Shown: positions 52,831 to 64,000 of the stretch, piece after piece
How positions within the stretch are numbered: position 1 is the first letter of the stretch
Layout: each line of letters starts with the position of its first letter
From: Antechinus flavipes
Taxonomy: Eukaryota
DNA: 64,000 nucleotides
Reading direction: 5' to 3'
NCBI RefSeq assembly: GCF_016432865.1
Contig: NC_067400.1
Coordinates: forward strand, 624,030,001 to 624,094,000
Translations under genes and position numbers: made by a program
Notes under the pieces: model-generated
The model's database searches: none
Told to the model about the DNA's origin: nothing
The model's input: only the letters and a program-made list of their open reading frames with translations

Positions 52831-55800
52831 GGGAGGTGGGGGCTTAAGTCGGGGAATCGGGAAGACAGGGAGAGGAGGGTCCCCTGTTCAAGCTGCACTG
52901 GGGAGGGGGGGGAGGAGTGGTCCAGACACCTGGGGCCCCGTCCTGGCAGTTCCCATTCTCTGCAGGAGGAGAGGGGAGGGGGAGGGGGAGCCTTAAGGTG
53001 GATCGGGAAGAATCCGAGTCTTTCCTGGGTCTAGCTCCTGCCCTCCTCCCACCTACCTCCCCCCTAAAACCTCCTGATCTTCTCAGGCAGCATCAGGCCA
53101 GCCTCTTAATCCACTCTTCCCCCTCCTCTCTCCATCCTGCGCCTGGGGCTGCCTTAATGGAGCTTGGGGATCCTCTGGGGGAAAGTCTGGCTGTAGTGAG
53201 CAGAAGGAACCACCAGAGGGAGTCAGAGACCACGAAAATAGAGGTTGGGGGCCGCCATTGGGACGCGCGGATCTCTAAAGGCAGAGACAGAAAAGAGAGA
53301 CTGGGAAAGGAAGGAAAGGAGGCAAGAGGGAGAACCGCAGCAAAGCAGGAGAGAGGAAAACAATGAGAGACACCGGAGAGACAGCTCACCAAAGGAACCA
53401 ACCAATAAGCATTAATTAAACGCCTACTGTGTGCCAGGGCTGCGGGATACAAAGAGGCAAAAGGCCATCCCTGCCCTGGAAAAGTCTAATGGGAGACACA
53501 GTCAGAGGAAGAGAGACCAAAGTTCTGGGCAGGATGGGGGGCTGGGAAAGGCTTCTTGGAGAGGGCGGGCTTAGAGAAAGGGAGAGCAGTAGTCAGAGGA
53601 GTGGAGGGGGGGTCCAGGCCTGGGGGACACAGAGAAACTGCCCGAAGCTGGGAGATGAGGGTCTCGCTCTGGGAGCAGCAGGGATCAGAGGGCACAAAGG
53701 CTTAGGCCACTGGAAAGATGGGATATGAAGAGCTCTGACGACCACGCGGAACATGTTCCGGAGGTAATAGGGAGCCACTGAAATTTATTAGGTAAGGGGG
53801 GGAGAGGTTCCATGATCAGATTTGCGTTTGAGGAACGTTTCTTTAGTGGATGGATGCAGAACGGATCAGAGAGGGCAGACTCCCCCTCCCATTCCCCAGG
53901 AGACTTTCAGAAGTCCAGGCGGGAGGTGAGCAGGACCTGCACCAGTCGGTGAATGAATAAAAAGCATTTATTAATCACTTACTGTGTGCAAAGCCTGTAT
54001 TGGAAACAAGCAGGAAAGCCTTCCAGGAGCTTACGTTCTAAACCTCTGGGGAGTTTTCCCAGAAGAAAAGGCTTCACGTGCTTCCTTGGGGTTCGGAGCA
54101 TCACTGCCGAGATCCTGCTTCTGGTGTTGAAGGAACCGCGGGCGCCAAGGCCTTCAGAGTGCGGCTCCGCAGAAGCCGATCAATAAGCATTAATTAAATG
54201 CCTACTGTGTGCCGGGTGCTGTGGGATCCAAAGAGACTCGGACACGGGCTGGGAGCGGGAACAGGGCCTGGGAAGGGCTCCCAGCCTTGGGCGCTGGGGA
54301 AAATGGGGGGAAGCATTGAGGTGGAAAGGAAAGGGCTCCTTCTGCACGGTGATGGACGGGAGGCGGGGGCTGCTGGTTTGAGGGGCACCGGATTCTGTGG
54401 CGACTTGGAGGTCCTGCGGGGTCTGGGTGGAGAGGGGGGGATCACAGCGTCTCCTTGGAGACTGTATTACTGCACGGAAAGACTGGATAGAAAAAAGAGG
54501 CATCTGGGAGCCCAGGGGGCCTCCAGACAGAGGGGCAGGGAGGAAGGGATCGGGTGGAAAGTCTGCGGGGAAAGTGGGGGAAAGGTACAGGGAGGGGGAG
54601 GGGGAGGCGTGGAAACCGGAGAGCCGAGCGGGCCTGCGCTGGGCTCCAGCTGTCGATTTCATGGCCATCAGTCTCGGGCACTGGGAACAAGGTTGGGGTC
54701 AGGGAGAAACACATGGACCAGTCCTTCTTTCCCTTGGCAGGCAGGTTCCGTAGGCCCTCCCACCTCACCCCTCCCCCAGGCCTTCCAGCCGGCTCCCAGC
54801 CCCCGCCTAGCACTGGGGGCACATGGGGCTCAGAACCTTTGGGCCTCGTAGCAGCCAGCGGAGTCTGAGGCTCCCACCGTGGAGAGGACCCTGAACTCCT
54901 TCTTCCAGCCCCCCTTGCAAGCTCTCGAAGCCTTTGCCCCGCCCAGGAACTGGTCAGGGGGTTCGTTGAGAAAGCAATGAGAAGATCTCGGGGTCCACAG
55001 CCAGCGAGGGGGGAGGGGGGCGATGGTCTTACCATCCTCCCTTGGCCAGACCGGATCCGAGCGCTGGGCCAATGGCCTGAGAAGGACAGTCCCGGAAAGC
55101 CGGCCAGCCTGGGGAAGGGCCGGGAGCTCCCAGCAAGCAGCAGCATCTGTTGAAAAGAAGGGGGACGTTCCCTGGAGAAGAAATGGGCTCCCCAGGAAAC
55201 CTAATTGTCTTTGATCTGTTTGACCCCAGAGCACAGGACCAAGATAAAAAGGGAAAGTGGGCTGGAGAGCTGGAGGCCTTCGGAAAGGGAGAAGGAGCTT
55301 CCCTTCCCAGCTCCAAGCAGAGTTGCCAAAGCCTGAAGGTTGAAACTGCTGGGGGATGATTTCTTCCAGAGGTGAGAACTTCGCTTTAATTGGATCAAGA
55401 AGGGAAAGATATGATTGTCTAACCCTTCCGGGGAGCTTTAAATAGAGACTTGTAACCTTGGAATCAGTCAGCGCCAAGCAATCCAGGACTCTGGAGTGTC
55501 TTGGCCGCAGGCCCTGCACCTGCAACACAGGGAAAGTAAAGTGGGGGGGGGGCGGGTTACATTACTCCCCACCCAGGAGCATATTATTAAAGAGACAAAG
55601 TAAGTCAGAGAGAACTCTGAAAACAGTCACAGAAAGCCGCCACCCCGGAGGAGAAGCACCTTCCAGAAGTGTCACCCCGCGCACCACTTACTATGGACTC
55701 ATGAAAAGGGTTTCACCAAGCAGGAGTCTTCAGTCAAATGTATTTTCTATAATCAGAGCCCATTTTCCCACAGGCCTGTATATACTTGCGGTAGAGCGCC

Positions 55801-55914
55801 CCAGACAATTTTTAGGGATGTTTTGGACTTACTGTTCTTATACCTTCTTAGTAGTAACCTAAAAACCCTCGAGTTTACCATCGGAAAGCAGAGAAAGAGC
55901 AGATCCTGTCAGAT

Positions 55915-57240
55915 ATATTTTTTTAATAATAGCTTTTTTTCTCAAAAAAATTTGCAAAGATAGTTTTCAGCATTCATCCTTGCAAAATCTTGTGTTCCAA
56001 CTTTTTCTCCCTCCTTTCCCCCCACCCTCTCCTCCTAGACAGCAAGTAATTCAATATAGGTTAAACTTGTGCAATTCTTCTATCCATATTTCCATATACA
56101 TATTCTTGCTACACAAGAAAAATCAGATCGAAAAGTTTAAAAAAATGAGAAAGAAAAGAAAATTCAAGCAAACTACAACAAAAAGAGTGAAAATGCTGTT
56201 GTGATCTGTAATATTCTTCTCTAAAATGTAATGTTCTCTTGTTGGGGTTTTCAGTGACTTGAAAGGAAGGCTGCTTCCAGAGAACCCCAAGAAAACCCCA
56301 GCCAGGTGTTAAAGTCCAAATCCTTTATTGTCTCTTTCAAAGTCTTGTCTCCTTCTCTTAGGACTCGGCTGGTTTCAGTGGGGAAGCGAAGGAGGAGAGC
56401 CGGCCACCATTTCTCTGGGCTTCCCTTGTTCTGGTTCTATCTCAGCCTCCAAGAGTTTCTAGTGCACTTGTCCTTCTGGCCCTGAGAGCTGTACACTGAG
56501 TATACACCAATCATTCTATCACTAGGAAACCATTATTTGTTGTAGGATTAAATCGATGCTAAACTAGATTTAACCATTGTCTCCTCAAATCCACTTAGTA
56601 CCTAGTTTCAAGTTCTGACCCATAACATCTCCTTGTAGGATTAAATCAACCATACTGAACCCTGCTAAGTTAGATAACTATTGTCTATCAATTCCATTGA
56701 CTTAGTACCTTATAAGAATCCTTTGTTTCAAGTTCAGAGTTCTGGCTCATAACAGTGATCCACCCTCAGTTCCCACAGTCCTCTCTGTGGGTGTAATGGC
56801 TTTCTCCATCACAAGTCTATTGGAACTGACCTGAATCATCACATTGTTGAAGAAAGCCTTGTCCTTCAGAATTTATCATCTTATAATCTTGCTGTTGTCA
56901 TGTACAATGATCTAGTCCTGCTCATTTCCCTCAGCATCAATGCATGTAAGTCTCTCCAGGCCTCTCTGACATCCTGCTGGTCATTTCTTACAGAACAATA
57001 TTATTCCATAATACTCATGTACCAGAACTTATTCAGCCATTCTCTAACTAATGGGTGGCAGCCACTCAGTTTCCAGTTCCTCGCCACTACAAAGAGGGCT
57101 GCCACAAACATTATTTCACATGTGGGTCCTTTTCCCTTCCTCATGATCTCTTTGGGATACAAGCCCAGCAGAGACATTGCTGGATCAAAGGGAACGCAGT
57201 TTTACAGCCCTTTGGGCATGATTCCAAATTGCTCTCCAGA
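55915..57240 (-). mobile_element. L1 3' fragment (ORF2 C-terminus and 3' UTR) split by an LTR
   Basis: Antisense L1 sequence such as GATCTCTTTGGGATACAAGCCCAG and AAATTGCTCTCCAGA; continuous across the LTR insertion. Confidence 0.85.
56207..56754 (-). mobile_element. Solo LTR (548 bp), probably ERV class II
   Basis: TG...CA termini, perfect 6-bp TSD GTGATC (56201-56206 and 56755-56760), minus-strand AATAAA at 56324-56329. Confidence 0.9.
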
Positions 57241-57559
57241 ATTATCTGCCAGATAATTTCAGTGGAAGTTGAAGAAGCCGGGAGGGTTATCCCAAAGTGT
57301 AATGGACCACCTGGGTGTAGTATGTTTCCTGTCACTGGAAGTCCTCCAACAGAGACCAGTCATAGCATCTGTCAGGTAAGTGGTCTGGAAAATTCTGGCC
57401 TGGAGACCTCTGCTGTTTCTTTGAACTTTGACATTCTGAGGATCTGACCTGGACAAAGTCTAGGTCTCATTCTCCGTTCCTTCAGTGAACAGTACAGTCA
57501 GCCAATCATTTGTAGTCAAATTACAGTGTGGCTGACTGTGGCTCAGAGTGCACCGCCAC

Positions 57560-58190
57560 AGATCGGACACAAATAGGCCCCTTTTCCCTCATTTAGGGAA
57601 CATTTGGGGTGACTTCTCTAGCTTTTTGCAGCTCACATTTCTTCTGAGCTGCTCCAATTCTGCTTTACTCGGAGAGCATGGCACCCTCTCCAAGGAGGGC
57701 ACGCCATTCCTGACTGTCCTGTGCCAGGGTTTCCCATGTCATACAATCGATTCTAAAGTTCCTAAGAGAGACCTTGAGAGTGTCCTTGATCACTTTTTCT
57801 GACCCCCTTGTGAGTGATTGCCCTGTGTAAACTCTCCATAAAATATGTTTTTAACAAGCATACATTTGGCATTGGAACCACGTGGCCAGCCCAATGGAGC
57901 TGCGCTCTCCTCCAGGGTAATTTTTACATTATCCCTTACACTCACTTCTGTTCTGATTTTTCCCCTCCCTTCCTCCATCCCCTCCCCCAGATGGCAAGCA
58001 GTCTTATACATGTTAAATATATCACAGCAAATCCTAGATACAATATGTGTGTACAGAACCATACAGTTCTCTTGTTGAACAGGGAGAATTGGATTCAGAA
58101 GGTAGAAATAACCCGGGAAGAAAAACAAAAATGCCAACAGTTTACAAAGTTGCACTCTCCTCAGTAGAGCTGGAACTCTGGGCAGTCTAG
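57560..58190 (-). mobile_element. RTE-clade LINE 3' fragment with a nested L1 3' piece (about 57916-58150)
   Basis: Minus-strand translation IFYGEFTQGNHSQGGQKK matches the RTE RT C-terminal motif LFYGEL..GKRS.GGQKK. Confidence 0.75.
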
Positions 58191-58204
58191 TTTGAGAAAA
58201 GACC

Positions 58205-59375
58205 TCAGTCACTAAGCTTTTATTAAGTACCTCTTATATGCCAGGCAGTGGAGATACAGAAAAAGGCAAAAGATTATCCTTTCTCTCAAAGAATTTACAA
58301 CCTAAAGGGAAAGACAACATGCAAACAAATGTGGACAAAGCAAGCTAGATACAGGATACAGAGAAGATGCTTAACAGAGAGAAGACACTGGGATGAAGAA
58401 GGTTCCCACCTTAGAAGGTGGGAGTTTAGTAATCCGAGTGGAGGAGGAGAGTGTTCCAGGCATGGGGGACAGCCCCGAGCCCCGAGATGGAGGATCCTGT
58501 TTGTGAAGCAGCAAGGAAACCAGTGTCATCCAAAAATATATGTTGGGGGTGAGATGTAAGATGGTTGGAGAAGTAGGAGGGGTCCATTTCAGAAGAACTT
58601 TGAACACCCAAAAGAGAATTTTGTCTTTGCTCATGGGCACTTTAAGGGGCCTCTGGAGTTTCCAGAATAGAGGGGGTAGATATAATCTAACCTGCACTTT
58701 AGGAAAAATGGCTTTGGTGGCTGAATGGAGAAAGGCTTGGAATGGGGAGAAACCTGAGGCAGTTACTGCCCTAACCCCCATCTAAGTGAGCAGGGTCTTC
58801 ACCAAGGTGAGGGCAGTGTCAGAAGAGGGAAGGGGATGTACTGGGGAGTTAATGCTATGGTGAAATCTTGGCAACAAGTTGGATGTAGGAGGTGAGACAT
58901 AATGAGGAGTTCGGCATGACTCCAGAGTTGTGCACTGGGAGGATGGTGGTGCCTTCTAAGTAACAGGGAAGGCAGGAAAGGAGGGAGGGAGGCTGTAAGG
59001 GGAAAGATGCTGAATTCTGTCTTGGACATGATGAGTATAAGATGTCTACTGGACATTTAATTGGGGAAGGAGCTTAACTGAGAGGTTGGGGCAGGAAAGA
59101 TAGTTTTGAGAATCCTCAGCTTAAAGATGGTAAATAAATCCATGGGAACTGAGGAGACCCCCCAAGTGAGGTAGTACGGAGGAAGAAGAACAGTAGAGGG
59201 CCCAGAAAAGACCCTGAGGGATACTTGGGATCGGAGATTGTGACCTGCAGGAGGATCCAGGAAAGGAGAAAGAGAAGGAGCAGTCAGAGAGGGAAGAGAA
59301 GAGCTGATAGAAGTGGTGACCTGAAAACCTCGAAAGAAGAGAGCAGCTTGGGACACAAAGCCTCGGTGACCCTCG
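58205..59375 (-). mobile_element. LINE-2 fragment
   Basis: L2 3' end as TTTATTAAGTACC..TGCCAGGC on plus; minus translation MSSRHLILIMSKTEFSIFP resembles the L2 RT C-terminus. Confidence 0.75.
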
Positions 59376-59382
59376 AGGAGTC

Positions 59383-59992
59383 TGTATGGGGTTCGTGTCT
59401 CCTTCCTAAAAGCCTATTTCACAGAAGATGGACACAAGGCCCACGCTCACATGGAGGTCAGAAGAAGCATGGAGTGCCCGCACCCAAGAAGCCCAAGGAA
59501 CCCCAAGATGTGGACACTGAGCACTCTCTCCACCCCAGATGTTCATGGGACTATCTGAGTTAGAGCCTTCCCAGCTCGGATTGGTCTGATCAGCCACACT
59601 GACCTTAGCCCTGCCAACGATCCTTTGCGATCGCCTCTGGATGATCTCAGCAAAGTCCCAGAGTTGTTTTGTAGAATCATGGTGTTGCTCTGGCCAGTGC
59701 AGGTGTGTCTGAGCTCAGGTGAGCGCCTTCTGTGTCCGTGTTCCGGTCCCGAGGCCCTGCTGTGAAAACCTTGTTGCTGTTACACTTCATTGTCAGGGCG
59801 ACACTCACGGTGTGGCCACTTGCGTGGGAACTAAGCTCTCCCTGCCCCGCCTCAGGTCCCTCCCATTGGAGTGGGGCTGTTTCCCTCTCTTTGAAAATAA
59901 GCTTCTGTTTGATTTCTGGCTCATTTATCTTTCTGTTCTGCTCCAGCCATCCACAGATTAGAACCCGGTTCTGGGCAGGTGATAACCCGATA
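59383..59992 (+). mobile_element. Possible solo LTR (about 610 bp)
   Basis: Starts TGT and is flanked by candidate 4-bp TSD AGTC (59379-59382 and 59993-59996). It ends TA rather than CA, so the call is tentative. Confidence 0.35.
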
Positions 59993-60846
59993 AGTCATGT
60001 CATTTGGGGCCTCTTCAAGCATAAAGAACAACAAGGTTTAAGACAGAACTCAGGTGGCCTTCCTATCCAACACCTCCCCCCAAATCTGGAAGAGGGTCTG
60101 GATCTCCTTTCCCAGCAGAGAGGGAAAGAGGGAAAGAGCTGATATCTGGAGGAATCAGAAAGGATCTTGGGGAAAAAATGGGGCTAGAGCTGACCCTGAA
60201 ATGAAGCTAGAGGTTTCTAGAGTGCAGAAATAAGGAAGGGGAGAACATGACAGGTATAGAGGAACAGCTCCTGTCTCTGAATGATGGAATGATTCATAAG
60301 AACAACAATTCCAACGGGCTGAACCAGAGGGTGTGAGGGAGAGGGAGGTATGATGAGCTGGATTTATAATCTGTTTCTGAAAGACTTTGATGTCAAGCAC
60401 TGTTCAAAGTGCTGGCAACTCAAAGAAAGACAAAAATAACCAAGGGAGACAACATGCTGATATCTATATACAATCCTGTTATATAGGGAACAACCTGGAA
60501 ATAATTAACAGAAGGGAAGACATAGATAGGAGGAAGATGGAGAAAGGCTTCCTGTTGGTGGCAGGGTGTTGGTTGGAACTTGAAGGATGCTGAGATGAGA
60601 AGAAAGAGCATTCCAGATCCTGGAACAGGGAGAACAAATGTCCGGAGCCAAGAGCTGAAACAGGCAAGAGGCCAGTGGCGCTAGAACAAAGAGAACGAGG
60701 GGAAGATTGGGAAAGTTATGAGGGACTGTGAACACTAGAAGATTTTGAATTTGATCCAGGAGGTGATCAAGAGCTACTGGTGAATAATGAGTAAGGGGAG
60801 GGGAGAGGTAACATGCGCAATCCAGTACTTTAAGAAAATCACTTTG

Positions 60847-61845
60847 AATGAACAATTTTTAGATGAAGAAATTGAAACCATTTCTAGTCATATGAGAAGG
60901 TGCCCTCAATCATTATTGATCAGAAAAATGCAAATTAAGACAACTCTGAGATACCACTACACACCTCTCAGGTTGGCCAAGATGACAGGGAAAGATAATG
61001 ACGAATGTTGGAGGGGATGTGGGAAGACTGGGACATTGATGCATTGTTGATGGAACTGTGAACAGATCCGACCATTCTGGAGAGCAATCTGGAATTATGC
61101 CCAAAGGGCTCTCAAACTGTGCATACCCTTTGACCCAGCGGTATTTCTACTGGGTTTATATCCCAAAGAGATTTTAAAGAAAGGAAAGGGACCTGTATGT
61201 GCAAGAATGTTTGTGGCAGCCCTCTTTGTAGTGGCCAGAAACTGGAAACTGAGTGGATGCCCATCAGAATGAGTTATGGTATGTGAAAGTTATAGAATAT
61301 TATTGTCCTGTAAAAAAAGACAGCAGGATGATTTCAGAGAGACTTGGAGAGACTTACAGGAACTGATGCTGGGACAGGAAATGAGCGGGACCAGAACAAT
61401 GTACAATGCAACAGCAAGATTATACGATGATCAATTCTGATGGATGTGGCTCTTTTCAACAATATGGCGATTCAGGCCAGATCCAATAGACCTGTGATAG
61501 AGAGAGCCATTACACCCACAGAGAAGACTGAGGGTGGATCACAAGATAGCAGTTTCACTCCTTTTGTTGTGGTTTGCTTGAATTTTATTTTCTTTCTCAT
61601 TTTTTAAACTTTTTTGATCTGATTTTTCTTGTGCAGCAAGATAATTGTATAAAAATATATGCATATATTGGATTTAATATGTATTTTTTTTACCATGTTT
61701 AGCATATATTGTATTACTTGCCATCTAGGGGACGGGGGTGGGGGGAGAAGGGGGGGGATGGGAACACAAGGTTTTCCAAGGGTCAATGGTCAAATATTAT
61801 CTTTGCTTTTGTTTTGAAAATAAAAAGCTTCAGTAAAAAAGAAAC
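60847..61845 (+). mobile_element. 5'-truncated L1 (ORF2 C-terminus and 3' UTR) inserted into an L2, with 12-bp TSD
   Basis: EMQIKTTLRYHYTP-like peptide and CWRGCGKTGTLMHC; TSD AAAATCACTTTG at 60835-60846 and 61846-61857. Confidence 0.9.
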
Positions 61846-62639
61846 AAAATCACTTTGGAGGCTGAATGGACAACGGAATGGAGTTGGGGGAGATTTGAGA
61901 CAGACCCTTTGGGGATAATCAAAGTGATGTGGGCGTGTACCAGGGTAGCAGCTCTGCTGGAGGAAGAATGTGCTGAAGATAAAATTACAGGCAACAAATT
62001 AGATTTGGATAGTAAAGAGTATAGTAACAGCACATGCAGAAAGTGGACCTTGGCAAGCAGAAGGGAAAATTCATCATAAGAGCTTAAAGCAAAAGAGTAA
62101 AAAGTGAGGAATAATGTGAAGGAATTATTTGATGAAGAGGGGAGAAGAGAAAACTCATGGTGAATGGACTCCATTGCTTAATGAATAAAAGTCAAGGTCT
62201 TCAACTGAGGGTCCCAGGAGGGAGAGGTGTGGAAGGCTTGAGGGGAGAAGAGAAGGTTGGGAAGAATCCTTAGAGGGAAATGATGGATAATCCTTTAGGG
62301 AGGAGTGCAAAGATTATCCTTCTGTAGTGAGTCCAGTTAAGATGGGCTAGCCTAAATATGTAGTAGACTAGTCACTCAACATGATTTTCTTGACTTGCTC
62401 CAGCTCCATTCAGCAGCACAGGAGGAGAAGTGAGGGAACAGGTTCCAGGGGTAATTCAGGACTGGAGATTGTCAAGACCTAAGCAATCGTAGGACAATGG
62501 GTTGTACTCGAGGCCATGAAAGGAAGAAAGTAAAGGGAGAGCAGGGGTGATGATCCAAAGGAGTTCCAAGAGTTGGAGGTTGTGGTATGGAGGAAGGATA
62601 GGTTTAGGATTGACACATAGGGAGGGATGGAATTATCAA

Positions 62640-63520
62640 CAACAGAGAGTTACCAAGCACTTATTAAATGCCTGCTACATGCCAGATCCTGTATGAAGTG
62701 TGGGGGATACAAAGAAAATCAGGAGACAGTCCCAGTTCCAAGGGGCTCAGTTTTATGGGAAAGATAATATGCAAATAAATTACATACAAAGAAGATGGAA
62801 ACAAGATAAATTGGAACTAATCAGCAGAAGGAAGAAGGAGGATTAGAAAGATTTCTCAAAGGAGAAGCTGAGACTTGAGGGAAGCTAAGAAATAAGGAAG
62901 GAGAAAGTTCCAGACATGACAGACTCCAAATAAAAGTGTCTGGAGCTGAGAGATGGGGTGTGTAGTTAGAGGAATAGTAGAAGACTAGTATCACTGAATC
63001 TCAAAGTACAAGGAGAAGGGAGGAGATGCAAAAGTAAAAAAAAAATAATCTGGAAAGACTGTGAAGGGCTCAGAATGCCAAGCGGACAAGGTTATGTTTG
63101 ATACGACAACAGGGAGGAACCCTAAGTTGATTGAATAGGGAGATGGCGTGGTTAGATATGCATCAGTGTGATAGCTGAATGGAAAATGGATAAGAGCAGG
63201 GAAACGTGAGGCAAGGAGGCCATCAGAACTAGTGCAGTGTCCGGGCAGGAGGTGAGAGGGGCCGTGTCAGAAGAAGGAAGGGCACATGTCTGTATGGGAG
63301 AGAGACTGTAAATGGTGCTTGGCAGCTGATTGGGCATGGGGGATGGGGCAGGAGTCAAGGAGGACTCCCGAAGGTGAGCCAAGGTGACTAGGGAGATGGT
63401 GTCCTCTGCAGCAACAGGCGTGATGGGAGGGAAAGATGATGAGTTCAGTTTGGTCCTGATGGATGGAGAGATGGCGGTGATCCTGATCCAGACACAGACA
63501 GCCAAGCAAGTGGCCATCCT
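62640..63520 (-). mobile_element. LINE-2 fragments
   Basis: L2 tail CAAGCACTTATTAAATGCC on plus; minus peptide HRHLSIHQDQTELIIFPS. Confidence 0.65.
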
Positions 63521-64000
63521 CGGGTGTGTCCAGAGTGGGGGAAATGGGGAAATTGAAGAAAGGCACACCAGCATAAGGAGCCTCTGTCTTCTCAGTCCCT
63601 CAAAGTCCCGTCTCCTTCCTCCCTGCATAGTTTAAGGATATGGAGGAGAGAATGCCCAAAGGAGGCGCGATTATTGTCTTCGATTATCTACAGGCTACAA
63701 GGAAGATCAGACCTGATCTGTCTGGCTTCACGGGACAACTTCAAGAACAATGGCAGAGAACTGAGGTCATGAGCTGGCAGGAAAACTACCCCTTGGAGCT
63801 GTCCCAACATGGGAGAAGTTTCCTCAAGAGACGGTGAGCTGCCCTTGCGTGGAGCAGAGCAGGGAGAGCCACTTGTCAAGAGACTAGTGAAGGACATTCT
63901 GAGACTAACCCCGATTCAATCTTAAATATTTTGGGCTTCTGAGATAGCGTGTAATGTTTTGGGCAGTGGGCAAGTCATCTCTGCCTCAGGCTGCTGGAAC

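Noticed and set aside
53749-53760. p53/p63-like palindrome GGAACATGTTCC
   Set aside because: Single half-site within degenerate L2-like sequence, with no adjacent second half-site.
56900-57256. 118-aa plus-strand ORF
   Set aside because: Antisense reading of L1 ORF2.
52000-64000. NTN5, SEC1 or FUT2 coding exons expected next by synteny
   Set aside because: No laminin-EGF cysteine pattern or alpha-1,2-fucosyltransferase motifs in the ORF track; the region is mostly transposable elements.

Overview
Mammalian genomic DNA, almost certainly from a marsupial (WSINE1/MAR1-type SINEs, RTE and marsupial-type L1; probably a dasyurid). It is syntenic with the human 19q13.33 block and has one 190-N gap. 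Six complete spliced genes were rebuilt by hand with GT-AG junctions and consistent phase: SULT2B1 (+, 323 aa), FAM83E (-, 478 aa), RPL18 (-, 188 aa), SPHK2 (+, 646 aa), DBP (-, 324 aa) and CA11 (-, 325 aa). The most unusual element is a ~5.6 kb, nearly CpG-free, strand-polar tandem array (30000-35600) of 30-bp monomers with nested higher-order structure (about 15, 30, 134, 402 and ~800 bp). It lies between the RPL18 promoter and a second YY1/BANP/ETS CpG promoter in front of SPHK2; in human these two genes are head-to-head. The array carries about 46 AATAAA hexamers on the minus strand, concentrated at the SPHK2-proximal end, and dense 3'-splice-site-like pyrimidine tracts on the plus strand. 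Other notable points: SPACA4 is absent from its eutherian position inside FAM83E; DBP intron 2 has three clustered E-boxes; convergent ZNF143/THAP11-type motif pairs sit in two CA11 introns; and there are nested transposon insertions with clean target-site duplications. All counts are hand counts, and functional statements are hypotheses.
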